DNA of 64,000 bases, taken from the NCBI GenBank assembly GCA_965242525.1, contig OZ251459.1, positions 928,001 to 992,000 of the forward strand, in the 5' to 3' direction. The notes below the pieces were generated by a model. That model was not told the DNA's origin. It saw only the letters and a list, made by a program, of their open reading frames with translations, and searched no databases. This DNA comes from an uncultured Candidatus Binatia bacterium (GTDB lineage Bacteria > Desulfobacterota > Binatia > UBA9968 > JAJDTQ01). This document shows, piece by piece, positions 37,250-47,201 of this stretch; position 1 is the stretch's first letter, and each line of letters starts with the position of its first letter. Both the position numbers and the translations under genes were made by a program.

Positions 37250-38440
37250 TCACGCCACCCGGCGGCGGCCCTCGTCCGGCTCCGGGAAATGGAAGCGTTG
37301 GACCTCGGCATGGTCCGCGCCCAGCCGGACCAGCTCCGGAAGGTCCAACGGCGCTTCCGCCTCCTGCACCCGCGGCAAGGTGGCGTTGACCGCGGGATGC
37401 CGCGGGACGAAGAGTTGGCAACAGTCCTGGTCGGGTTGCACCGACGTCTCGAACGTTCCCATGCGCATGGCCTGGTCGATGATCTCCTGCTTGTCCATGC
37501 CGATGAGCGGCCGCAGCACCGGGAGTTGCGCGGCCTCCTCGATGACCGCGAGGTTGGGCAGGGTCTGGGACGCCACCTGGGCCAGGCTCTCCCCGGTGAC
37601 CAGGGCCCGGGCGCGCTCCCGGGCGGCGATGACCGAGGCGATGCGGAGCATCATCCTGCGGTAGATCACGACCCGGAGCGGGCGCAGCACCGCGGCGACG
37701 ATGCGGCGCTGGACCTCGCCGAAGGGCGCCAGGTAGAGGCGCGAGACGAACTGGTAGCGGGTGAGCATGGCCACCAGCGCCTTGGCCTTCTCCTGCGACG
37801 ACCGGTCGAGGAACGGGCTGCTGTGGAAATGGACGAAGATGAGGCGGCAGCCGCGCTGCATCATGCGGTAGGAGGCCACCGGGGAGTCGATGCCGCCGGA
37901 GATGAGCGACACCGCCCGTCCGCTCGCCCCCACCGGAAGGCCGCCGGGTCCCGGCAGCCGTTGCAGGCTTACGAAGGCGTTGGCGGGATGTATCTCCACC
38001 GACACGGTGAGGTCGGGCCGGGTGAGGTCCACGCGCGCGCCCGAATGCGCCTGGACCAGGGCGCCCAGCTCCCGGTTCACGTCGTTGGAGGTCAGCGGGA
38101 ACCGCTTGTCCACCCGCCGGGTCTCGATGCGGAACGATCCGAAGGACTGTCCCCGCAGGGCTTCCAGCACCCGCGCCCCGAGCGCCGGCATGTGGTTGTC
38201 CGCGGGTTCCACCGGCGAGAAGTTGGCCACGCCGAAGACCCGGGCCAGCCGTTGGGTCAACTGGTCCGGGGGCACGTCCTGGTTGAAGTGCAGCAGCAGC
38301 CTGGAGGAGGCGTTGCGGATCTCCTTGAGCCCCAGTCCTCGCAACGCCGCGCCCAGGTTCTTCTTGAGGTGCTCCACGAAATAGCCGCGGTTGCCGCGCT
38401 TGAGGGCGATCTCGTGGTATCGTACCAAGGCCGAGCGCAT
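37250..38440 (-). CDS. thiI: tRNA 4-thiouridine synthase ThiI (no C-terminal rhodanese domain)
   Basis: RYHEIALKRGNR, THUMP region, PP-loop SGGIDS, TGESLAQVASQT, RPLIGMDK, DCC. Confidence 0.93.
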   Translation of the reverse strand: MRSALVRYHEIALKRGNRGYFVEHLKKNLGAALRGLGLKEIRNASSRLLLHFNQDVPPDQLTQRLARVFGVANFSPVEPADNHMPALGARVLEALRGQSFGSFRIETRRVDKRFPLTSNDVNRELGALVQAHSGARVDLTRPDLTVSVEIHPANAFVSLQRLPGPGGLPVGASGRAVSLISGGIDSPVASYRMMQRGCRLIFVHFHSSPFLDRSSQEKAKALVAMLTRYQFVSRLYLAPFGEVQRRIVAAVLRPLRVVIYRRMMLRIASVIAARERARALVTGESLAQVASQTLPNLAVIEEAAQLPVLRPLIGMDKQEIIDQAMRMGTFETSVQPDQDCCQLFVPRHPAVNATLPRVQEAEAPLDLPELVRLGADHAEVQRFHFPEPDEGRRRVA

Positions 38441-38469
38441 GGGAGAGCAATAGCAGATCCGGGGAAATT

Positions 38470-38497
38470 TTGCATGGAAAGCCGCCTGTGGTACCAT
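38470..38497 (+). promoter_or_regulatory. Possible promoter for the SGNH gene
   Basis: TTGCAT-16 bp-TACCAT with an extended -10 TG. Confidence 0.35.
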
Positions 38498-38612
38498 GCC
38501 CCGGTGTCCTGGAACGGAAGGGACCCCCTCACGGCGGCGGAACATTCCGTGAACGACGTCGAGCGGCGGTTCCGCCAAGCGTTCTTCCGGGCGAGCGAGC
38601 GATGAATCCCCG

Positions 38613-39866
38613 ATGAAGCCTGCCCTCCTCTCCCCGAACGGCCGGTTCCGCCGTGCGTTGCGCCTCATCGGCTGGAACGCGCTTCTGGTCTTCGTGGGCG
38701 TCGCGCTGGCGGCGTTGGCCGGAGAAGCCTGGTTTCGCCTGACCGTGCCGTTCATGACGCCGAGCCCCGCTCCCCTGGAATTCGTCCCGAACGTAGGCTA
38801 TCTCAGGCCCCCGAACACGGAGATACGCCATACCAACAGACTCGACTTCTGGAACGTCTCCCGCACCAACAGCCTGGGCTTCGTGGACCGTGAACCACCG
38901 AGCCCCGAACGCGCCAAGGCGACCTGCCATATATCCATCATCGGCGACTCCTTCGTGGAGGCGCTGGAGGTCCCCATCGACCGCAAGCTCCAGGTTCGCC
39001 TCGAAGAACTCGCCGCCGACCGGTTGCCCCGCCTGGACGTCACGACTTCGGCCTTCGGGTTGAGAAGCACCAGCCAGGTCCACCAACTGCCGTTCTACGA
39101 CCAATATGCCCGTCGGCTCCATCCCAAACTGCTCGTGCTGGTCTTCGTTGGCAATGATTTCATGGATAACACGCCGCTTCTGAGAGAGGCGCCGCTGGTA
39201 ATGTGGGGCGAGAAACATCGGTTGGAGCCCTTGGTGAGAAAGCGCTCGGACGGGGAGTTGGAATTGGCGTGGCGCCTCTCCCAAGATCCGCTTCCGTCCT
39301 TTTCTCCGACCCGGGAATCGTGGGCCGCCCGCGTCTGGGAGCAAGCGGTGCAGCTTTCCTGGCTTGCCATCTGGTTGCGCGCCAAGAAGGATGCCTTGTC
39401 GTATTTCCTGGGGTACGGGCACAGCAGGGACGTGGAGCCTTTGAGGCGGCAGCCCGGCTATGCTGCGATGTTCGAAGGATGGCGGCCCACCACCTGGAAC
39501 GACGTGCGTCGAGCCTTCGATCGGAGGGGCCTGCCTCCCTTTTTCGAGGACGCCCTGCAATACACCCGCTTCGCGCTGGAGCAGTTCAAGCAGCGCGCCG
39601 ACCGCGACGGCGCCGCGCTGGTCATCCTGGCGTCATACAAGTTGAAGCTCGACGGAAGAACCCACTCGTTCGAGAGAATGAGCGAAATGGCTGCAACCCT
39701 CGGCATTCCCGTCATCGACCAGGCCGACTACATCCTCCGCCAAGGCGCCGAGCTCAGGGACGCCCGATGGTTCCACGACTTCCACTGGAACCCCGCCGGC
39801 CACCAATGGGCCGCAGAGGCCCTGCTCGAATACATCGAGCAACGCCCGGAAATCTGCGACCGGTGA
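38613..39866 (+). CDS. Membrane-anchored SGNH-family protein (AlgJ/AlgX-like)
   Basis: N-terminal TM; TNSLGF.D, IIGDSFVE, FVGNDF.DN, DFHWN..GH. Confidence 0.78.
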   Translation: MKPALLSPNGRFRRALRLIGWNALLVFVGVALAALAGEAWFRLTVPFMTPSPAPLEFVPNVGYLRPPNTEIRHTNRLDFWNVSRTNSLGFVDREPPSPERAKATCHISIIGDSFVEALEVPIDRKLQVRLEELAADRLPRLDVTTSAFGLRSTSQVHQLPFYDQYARRLHPKLLVLVFVGNDFMDNTPLLREAPLVMWGEKHRLEPLVRKRSDGELELAWRLSQDPLPSFSPTRESWAARVWEQAVQLSWLAIWLRAKKDALSYFLGYGHSRDVEPLRRQPGYAAMFEGWRPTTWNDVRRAFDRRGLPPFFEDALQYTRFALEQFKQRADRDGAALVILASYKLKLDGRTHSFERMSEMAATLGIPVIDQADYILRQGAELRDARWFHDFHWNPAGHQWAAEALLEYIEQRPEICDR

Positions 39867-39875
39867 CCACCGACG

Positions 39876-39953
39876 TCCCCGTTCGTCCCGAGCGTAGCGC
39901 AGTGAAGTCGAAGGACGCGCCTTCCCCTCCATCTCGAGGGAAGGGGAGACCGG
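39876..39953 (-). repeat. REP-like element between convergent genes
   Basis: CCCGTTCGTCCCGAGCGTAGCGCAGTGAAGTCGAAGGACGCGCCTTCCC, the same family as 2896-3036. Confidence 0.7.
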
Positions 39954-39965
39954 ATGGGGAACCCG

Positions 39966-41138
<1,173 letters not shown>

Positions 41139-41228
41139 TGCCTCTCTCCGGCGGAAGACCCGCGGCCGGCCGTCACCGCATGTTCGGGCTCGGGGGTGTC
41201 CGCCCAATGACTGAGTATTCAGCTTACC

Positions 41229-41257
41229 AATGTAGGTTATTGTCGGGACCGAGTCAA
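41229..41257 (-). promoter_or_regulatory. sigma70-like promoter for moeB
   Basis: TTGACT-17 bp-TACATT on the minus strand, followed by the near-palindrome CTGAATACTCAG (possible operator). Confidence 0.55.
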
Positions 41258-41286
41258 GGTCACGGCCCGGCCCGGCTTCGATCTCC

Positions 41287-42348
41287 TCAGTTCAGCCGGT
41301 AGAAACGGTTGGCGTTCTCCGCCAGGATCTTCCGCTTGGACGTGTCCGAGACGTCTTCCCGCGCCGAGAACTCAGGGATATCCTTGAGGTATTCCTCTCG
41401 CGGGCGCTCATGGGGGTAGTCCGAGGCAAAGAAGATGTGGTCCTCGCCGAACAGCTCGATCACGAAGGGCAGGGTGCGTTCCTCGGACTCGATGGAGACA
41501 TAGACGCTGCCGCTCCTGATGTAGTGGCTGGGGTGGCGCTTCAGGCGGGGCGCCCACTTCTTGCCGCGGCGTTCGTAGCCCTCGTCCAGCCGGTCCATCA
41601 TGAACGGCACCCAGCCGCAACCCGCCTCCAGGTAGGCCACGCGGAGGTCCGGGAAGAGCTCGAACACCCCCTGGAAGACCATGTTGGTCAAATGGATCAG
41701 CAGGGGGATGGGATGCTCCAGGGCGTGGACCTCGGCGAAGGTGTCCAGGTAGTCGAACCCCAGGCCGCGGCTCGGGGCGCCGTGGATGGCCAGCGCCATG
41801 TCCAGGCGGCACGCTTCCTCGTAGAGCGGGAAGAAGCTCTCGTGGCCGTATCCCTTGCCCAGGGAGTTGACCGAGGGCAGCACCGCCGCGGGCATGCCCA
41901 GGTCCTGCCTGGCCCGGCGCATCTCCTTCACCGCGTCTTCGACGCTGTGCACCGGGACCAGCGCGGCGCCGATGATCCTCGGGGTCTGCTTCATGTAGTA
42001 GCCGTGGAGCCAGGTGTTGTAGGCGTGGGCGATGTTGACAGCATAGGCAGGGTCCTGGATCAGCCCGAACCCCAGCCCCGCGGTGGGATAGACGACGGTG
42101 CGGTCGATGCCGCAGTCGTCCAGGAAGGAGACCCACATGTCGCAGTCCGGGTAGTCCCTGAGCCCGGAGGAGCTCATGTTCGACAAACGGGTCCATCCGT
42201 CCAGGGACGGGAACAACGAGTACATGCGCGCCCACGCGGGCTGCCCGTCGCTGCCCACGTACTTCTCGCCCATGAACGGCATGATCTCGCTGGCGTTCTC
42301 CATGATGTGTCCGTCGCCGTCGATCACCGGAAAGCTGTTGGTGCGCAT
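41287..42348 (-). CDS. Amidohydrolase_2 family protein
   Basis: VIDGDGH, FPDLRVAYLEAGCGW, FASDYPHE. Confidence 0.9.
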   Translation of the reverse strand: MRTNSFPVIDGDGHIMENASEIMPFMGEKYVGSDGQPAWARMYSLFPSLDGWTRLSNMSSSGLRDYPDCDMWVSFLDDCGIDRTVVYPTAGLGFGLIQDPAYAVNIAHAYNTWLHGYYMKQTPRIIGAALVPVHSVEDAVKEMRRARQDLGMPAAVLPSVNSLGKGYGHESFFPLYEEACRLDMALAIHGAPSRGLGFDYLDTFAEVHALEHPIPLLIHLTNMVFQGVFELFPDLRVAYLEAGCGWVPFMMDRLDEGYERRGKKWAPRLKRHPSHYIRSGSVYVSIESEERTLPFVIELFGEDHIFFASDYPHERPREEYLKDIPEFSAREDVSDTSKRKILAENANRFYRLN

Positions 42349-42416
42349 GGGGGTTCTCCTTTCGTTCCAATGCAGGCGCGGTTGACGGCAACGGCCGCCG
42401 GCCTTGCGGCCCCCGG

Positions 42417-43508
42417 TCAGAAGGCGTAGAGGCGCTGCGGGTTCTCGCACAGTATCTTGTCGGCGATCCGGGGCGACAGGTCCTCCCGGGACCGGATGGT
42501 ATGGGCCAGCTCCGGCTCGAACGACGGGTCCGTGTGGCCGTAGTCGGAGCCGATCACGAGGTTGTCCTCCCCCATGTAGCGGATCAGGTACGGGATGTCC
42601 TCGTCGGCCTCGCAGGCCACGAACAGGCGGTACTTGCGGAACAGCTCGACGCTGGAATCGAACCGGAACTGCTGCTTCAGCAGGCGCCGGAGGATGTGCA
42701 GCATGAACGGCACCCAACCGGCCGAAGCCTCGATGAACCCGAACCGCAGCTTCGGGAACAGCTCCGGGATGCGGTTGTGGATGATGTCCCGGAAGGCGAA
42801 GATGGGCAGCACCCTGCCGTGGGCGAAGGTGTGGTTGCGCTCCAGGTTGAACAGGTCGATGAGGGCGGGGCAGCCCGAGCCCGTGTGGATGCAGATGGGC
42901 AACTCCAGGGAGTTGGCCTCCTCATAGACCGGGAAGAACCAGGGGTCGTCCAGGGTCCTTTCGCCTTCCATGCCGCGGAAGAAGACCCCCACCGCGCCGT
43001 GCTCCCTGGCCAGCCGCATCTCCTTCACGGACTCGTCCACGGACCTCAGGGGCAGGACCGCGTTCCAGCGGAGCCTCTTCCGGCCCTTCTCCTCGACCTC
43101 CCACATGTAGCGGTTGTAGGCCTTGCACAAGGCTACGTCCAGGTCCACGTCGTCGGTGAGGTAGATGAGGAAGAGGGTGGGGTAGATCACCTGGGTGTCG
43201 ATGCCGAGCCGGTCCATGTCCTTGAGCCGCACCTCCACGTCGGTGATCTCCCGGCTGGCCACCAGGCTGTCGTCCCGTTCCGATTCCGAGCTCGCGGCCG
43301 CGGGCGTCACCAGCCGGAAGCCGCCCTTGCCCGAAGGCTTGGGGAAGATGTTGCCGTCGATGAGCCAGAACCGGTTGCGGGCGCCGTACAGGGTGTCGTC
43401 GGCAATGGACGTCAGCACCGGCCTGCGAGGGTACATGTCCCCGTCGAAGAACTTCCACATGGCCTCGGGCTCGGCAATGTGGGTATCCGCATCGATCACT
43501 CCTGCCAT
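42417..43508 (-). CDS. Amidohydrolase_2 family protein
   Basis: VIDADTH, FPKLRFGFIEASAGW, GSDYGH. Confidence 0.9.
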   Translation of the reverse strand: MAGVIDADTHIAEPEAMWKFFDGDMYPRRPVLTSIADDTLYGARNRFWLIDGNIFPKPSGKGGFRLVTPAAASSESERDDSLVASREITDVEVRLKDMDRLGIDTQVIYPTLFLIYLTDDVDLDVALCKAYNRYMWEVEEKGRKRLRWNAVLPLRSVDESVKEMRLAREHGAVGVFFRGMEGERTLDDPWFFPVYEEANSLELPICIHTGSGCPALIDLFNLERNHTFAHGRVLPIFAFRDIIHNRIPELFPKLRFGFIEASAGWVPFMLHILRRLLKQQFRFDSSVELFRKYRLFVACEADEDIPYLIRYMGEDNLVIGSDYGHTDPSFEPELAHTIRSREDLSPRIADKILCENPQRLYAF

Positions 43509-43575
43509 GGTTGTCTCCTTGAAGGATCGGGGCCGCGCTCGACGCGAGCGCAGAGACGCGCGGCCCCCTCCATTG

Positions 43576-43604
43576 CTTGTACTTCCGCGGTCACCGGTTG
43601 TCAA
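43576..43604 (-). promoter_or_regulatory. sigma70-like promoter for the amidohydrolase pair
   Basis: TTGACA-17 bp-TACAAG on the minus strand. Confidence 0.5.
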
Positions 43605-43794
43605 CGGGAAGGCGGACCCTTCCCCGGATTCCCTCGCCGCGGGTGCAGACGGCGTGATATGAAAGGCACACGGGAACGGAATCCAAACGGCCCCCTTGAC
43701 GCCGGGAGCCTGCTGTAACCAGCGTCCCCGCGTCGAGGGAGTCGGCCATTTCCACAAGCCTCGCGTCGTTCTGAACGGAGATTTCGACTCGTGT

Positions 43795-43896
43795 CGCTCG
43801 GGACGAGCGGGGACCGTTGTTCCAGGTTTCCTTTCGTGTCCTGCCCGGCGGTTCCATTCCTCAGCCTGGGGCGCACAGGCGGCCGAGGCCCGGGAT
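43795..43896. repeat. 102-bp direct repeat, left copy, flanking the R-M cassette
   Basis: Matches 46352-46453 with 6 mismatches by my count; the last 40 bp are identical. Confidence 0.9.
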
Positions 43897-44816
43897 CAAA
43901 ACCAGCCACGACCGAGAACGGCATCCTCATTCTCATCGCCATGGCTCAGCATGAGGTTGACGTGGAACAGGAAACGCTTGAAGGCGTCCGGGGAAAAGGG
44001 GTTCTCCATCAAGTGACGTTCGAAGGCGTCCCGTGCAGCAACTCGACCGGGCGCCGTTGCAAAACGACTGCGTATGTTTGCCGGCAGGCGTTTGGCCTTT
44101 CTCAGGACGATGACTTCCTCGATGGACGTTGCCGCCGTGCTGATGGGCGTCATGTCCAGCCATTCGCAAAGCAGGAAATAACGTGAATTCGGCAAGGCCA
44201 GCTTCAGGTCGTAAGCGGTTGCATTGGCCTCCTGGAACATCGTCTTGTCGAGGTTGGTCTTGATTTCGGCGGCCATATACGCAATGGAGGTTCGCGCTTC
44301 ATGGAAATCTCCGAAGTCCGGGCGATGGGAAGCCCTGAGAAACAGCGGGCGGGTGATGGCGAAATCCTGATCCTTGGAACGGATCATCATGCCGCGGTTG
44401 GCTTCCGCATCTCTCAAGTCCAAGTCGAAGTGCAGTTGAGCAAAACAGTTCGCGGGACCCAGGGTCACACCACGGTCATCGATGCGCTCGGAAAAAACCC
44501 GGCCCACCAACCACGGCATGAACTCCTCGATGATCGTGTTGTCGAGTTTGAGTTGCCCCTTCTGCCGATACAGGAAATCCTTCTTGCTATCGAAGACCAG
44601 ATCGAGATCGACGTATGCCTTGTAACGACTGAGAGAAGCGACCATGGGTTCGACCAAGTCATTACCCGTTTCTGCGAACCCGGCAATCTCGGCGATCCAC
44701 GAGTGGTACATCTTCTGCGTGCGGCGAACCGCGGACAGATCCCCCGCAGGCAACTTCCTGTTCCCAAGTAGCGCTCGCAGCTTGTCTCCGTGAGGAGTCG
44801 GGCAAGACATCGTCAA
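43896..44816 (-). CDS. Bpu10I-family type II restriction endonuclease
   Basis: PHGDKL, YRQKGQLKLDNTIIEEF, KDQDFAI, AAEIKTNLDKTMFQEA, LCEWLDM. Start at 44816 (TTG) or 44810 (ATG). Confidence 0.85.
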   Translation of the reverse strand: MTMSCPTPHGDKLRALLGNRKLPAGDLSAVRRTQKMYHSWIAEIAGFAETGNDLVEPMVASLSRYKAYVDLDLVFDSKKDFLYRQKGQLKLDNTIIEEFMPWLVGRVFSERIDDRGVTLGPANCFAQLHFDLDLRDAEANRGMMIRSKDQDFAITRPLFLRASHRPDFGDFHEARTSIAYMAAEIKTNLDKTMFQEANATAYDLKLALPNSRYFLLCEWLDMTPISTAATSIEEVIVLRKAKRLPANIRSRFATAPGRVAARDAFERHLMENPFSPDAFKRFLFHVNLMLSHGDENEDAVLGRGWF

Positions 44817-46042
44817 TGGCGCACGGCCCCGGGGTCGAGAATCGGGGAAGGCGAGACCTTGTGGAGACTCGCTATCGCGTCTGTGATTCCACTTCGAGAA
44901 ACGTCGCGACCCGCAGCAGAGAGCACCTGTTCCGCAATAACCCTGGCCATCCGCAGACTGGCGTCTTCATCGGGTAGAAGGGCGTTCTTGCGGAAATGGA
45001 GGATGTCCTCGTAGATGTCGTCGCCGTAGCGGTTCCTGAACACACGCTCCTGGCGTTTCTCGAACTCCAGTGCCGCTCCCTGTACCGCGAGCTCGGTGAC
45101 CAGCTCCCCGTTGAAGAAGGCAACGCCCAGCACCCGGGACACCCGCCCCAGAACGAGGATCAGGCGTCCTCCCGGTTTCGTGACGCGCGCCATCTCACGA
45201 AGAGCCAATACCATGTCGAGTGAATACTGGATCACCGTCAGGAAACGGTTGCCCCGGTTCTGGCGATTCGAACCGAGCTCGGACCGGGCCACAGCCAGGA
45301 CGTCCCAGGACAGGGCCTCCACGGAACGGCGGAATAGCTGATGGTAGTTCTGGACGTTGATGTAAGGGGGCGAGGTAAGGACCAGGTCCACCGACCCGGA
45401 AGCCAGAGGCAGGGATCGCGCGTCCGCCAGGCGGGCCTCGACGGGCTGGTCCGATTCGGGAAGAGTTCGGACGACCTGACTGATACGCCGCCACACGCCG
45501 TGGACCTTGTCGGCGTTGAGATCCTTGCGATAGAAGTCGCAAAGGACCACGAGAGCCGCGGCCAGTATCTTCTCGATGCCCGAGGACGACTCGCGCCACA
45601 GATCCACGAGCAGGGCCTCCATGGCGTCCTGATCCGCCGCTCGGAAGGGTTCAGAGAGAAACAGGGGTCCTTCGGGCAACCCGATCTTTTCGAAGAGTCG
45701 GGATCCCAACTCTTCGAGAACGGCTTTCTTCTCCGACGCGTCGAGGTTGGCCAGTCGATAGACTTGGGAGAGGGTCACGGCGGCAGGATTGACGTCATAA
45801 CCGCATGCCGCCAGATGAATCCGTGCCGTCTCCGCCAGCAGGGTGCCGCTCCCGACGAAAGGATCCAGGACCACACCGGAATCCGGACCATAGACTTCCA
45901 GGAGCGCTTCGACGAGTTGCGGTGAAAACTGCCCGGTCCACGAAAATGGATTGGTCCGCACCCGCTTGTCGATGTTCAGATGGCCTTGGGGCAGTGATTC
46001 CCTGTCCACCGGGGCGGCGGCGAATGTTTCGTGCAGGAGCAT
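44813..46042 (-). CDS. Amino (probably N4-cytosine) DNA methyltransferase
   Basis: Motif I VLDPFVGSGT precedes motif IV LTSPPY; GGAGGAG RBS before ATG 46042; stop overlaps the REase start region. Confidence 0.87.
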   Translation of the reverse strand: MLLHETFAAAPVDRESLPQGHLNIDKRVRTNPFSWTGQFSPQLVEALLEVYGPDSGVVLDPFVGSGTLLAETARIHLAACGYDVNPAAVTLSQVYRLANLDASEKKAVLEELGSRLFEKIGLPEGPLFLSEPFRAADQDAMEALLVDLWRESSSGIEKILAAALVVLCDFYRKDLNADKVHGVWRRISQVVRTLPESDQPVEARLADARSLPLASGSVDLVLTSPPYINVQNYHQLFRRSVEALSWDVLAVARSELGSNRQNRGNRFLTVIQYSLDMVLALREMARVTKPGGRLILVLGRVSRVLGVAFFNGELVTELAVQGAALEFEKRQERVFRNRYGDDIYEDILHFRKNALLPDEDASLRMARVIAEQVLSAAGRDVSRSGITDAIASLHKVSPSPILDPGAVRH

Positions 46043-46231
46043 GAATGGTGTTCTCCTCCGCGGTTCGGCTCGGTCACCGGTCCCGGGGTGGATTCCGGCA
46101 GGTTGACCGCGCTGTAGAAGGATATACCAGCAAACCAGGAATGTCATGCCAAGGTACTTCCCTGAGTCCACCCCCCTGATCGTTTGCCGGGGACGGTTGG
46201 CGGGGTCCGGCGCAGGAATTCCTGACCGTCA

Positions 46232-46375
46232 CCGGCTCGAGTTCCCTCTCCCTGTGGGAAAGCGCATCCTTCGACTCCGCTTCGCTACGCTCAGGATGAA
46301 CGGAGGTCTTCGTTGCGTTACGCAGGACGAACGGAGGTCTTCGCTTCGCTACGCTCGGGACGAACGGGGATCGTT
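46232..46375 (+). repeat. Composite REP-like element (3 tandem subunits)
   Basis: Colinear with 2896-3036. Confidence 0.75.
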
Positions 46376-46453
46376 GTTCCGGGTTTCCTTTCGTGTCCTG
46401 TCGGGCGGTTCCGTTCCTCAGCCTGGGGCGCACAGGCGGCCGAGGCCCGGGAT
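46352..46453. repeat. 102-bp direct repeat, right copy; includes the 3' end of the isomerase gene
   Basis: Counterpart of 43795-43896. Confidence 0.9.
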
Positions 46454-47128
46454 GGACGGCGACCGGCCCATCCGGCGCAGGCAGGCCCACAGGACGGCCT
46501 GGTTGCTGGACACCACCGGGCGGGCGAGGCGGCGCTCCGCGGCTTCGATGACCTCGATCATGCGGGTGTTGGTGCAGCTCAGGAAGTAGCCGTCGGCCTC
46601 CGGCCGGCGGTTGGCCCAGGCGATTTCCATCCAGCGGTCCGGGGTGACCTCGATGTAGGCGTCGCTGCCCGGAAGCCCCAGCCCCAACTCATGCACCACC
46701 TCGAAGCCGGCTTCCTGCATGTAGCGCAACTCCAGCCGGTTGGTGGCCTCCACGTAGGGGCTGACGAGCACCAGCTTCCTGACGGCCAGGGCGGTCAACG
46801 CTTCGGTGACCGCCTGTCCGGTGGTCAGGGCCGGGCATCCGCCGGCCCCGCGGATCCATTCGACCACGCGCTCCTCGCCGGCGAGGCCCTCTTCCATGGA
46901 GCTCGCGGTGCAATGGAACACGATGACGTCCGGCCTGGTGTCGGACAGCGCGCCCGCGGCCTCCTCGACCGCGCCCCGGAGCTCGGCCAGCGGCCTGTGC
47001 CACTCCCCGGTCATGCGCAGCCGGGTCACGTGGACGCCCACGTCCCGCGGCGCGTACGCGTGGAACTGCGGCTCGGTGAGCCGGTTGCTGGAGGGGATGA
47101 TGAGGCCCATGCGCGCCTGGCTGTCCAT
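46418..47128 (-). CDS. Maleate cis-trans isomerase / Asp-Glu racemase family protein
   Basis: GLIIPSSN..TE, FHCTASS, VSPY, FLSCTN, PVVSSNQA; both catalytic Cys present. Confidence 0.85.
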   Translation of the reverse strand: MDSQARMGLIIPSSNRLTEPQFHAYAPRDVGVHVTRLRMTGEWHRPLAELRGAVEEAAGALSDTRPDVIVFHCTASSMEEGLAGEERVVEWIRGAGGCPALTTGQAVTEALTALAVRKLVLVSPYVEATNRLELRYMQEAGFEVVHELGLGLPGSDAYIEVTPDRWMEIAWANRRPEADGYFLSCTNTRMIEVIEAAERRLARPVVSSNQAVLWACLRRMGRSPSIPGLGRLCAPG

Positions 47129-47201
47129 GACGTCCCTCACGATCGCTTTCCGCTCGTCCGAACGGATGCCTGGGCCGGCGCGTCTCCGCGGCGACCGTTG
47201 C

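Noticed and set aside
35019-38450. 1143-aa ORF and other long track ORFs (46806-49559, 52203-55070, 55334-57829, 56212-59238, 7734-9722, 4542-6098) as giant or fused proteins
   Set aside because: They are high-GC shadow frames, rich in Arg/Pro/Gly, overlapping well-supported genes. At most the C-terminal portion is a real gene and is annotated separately.
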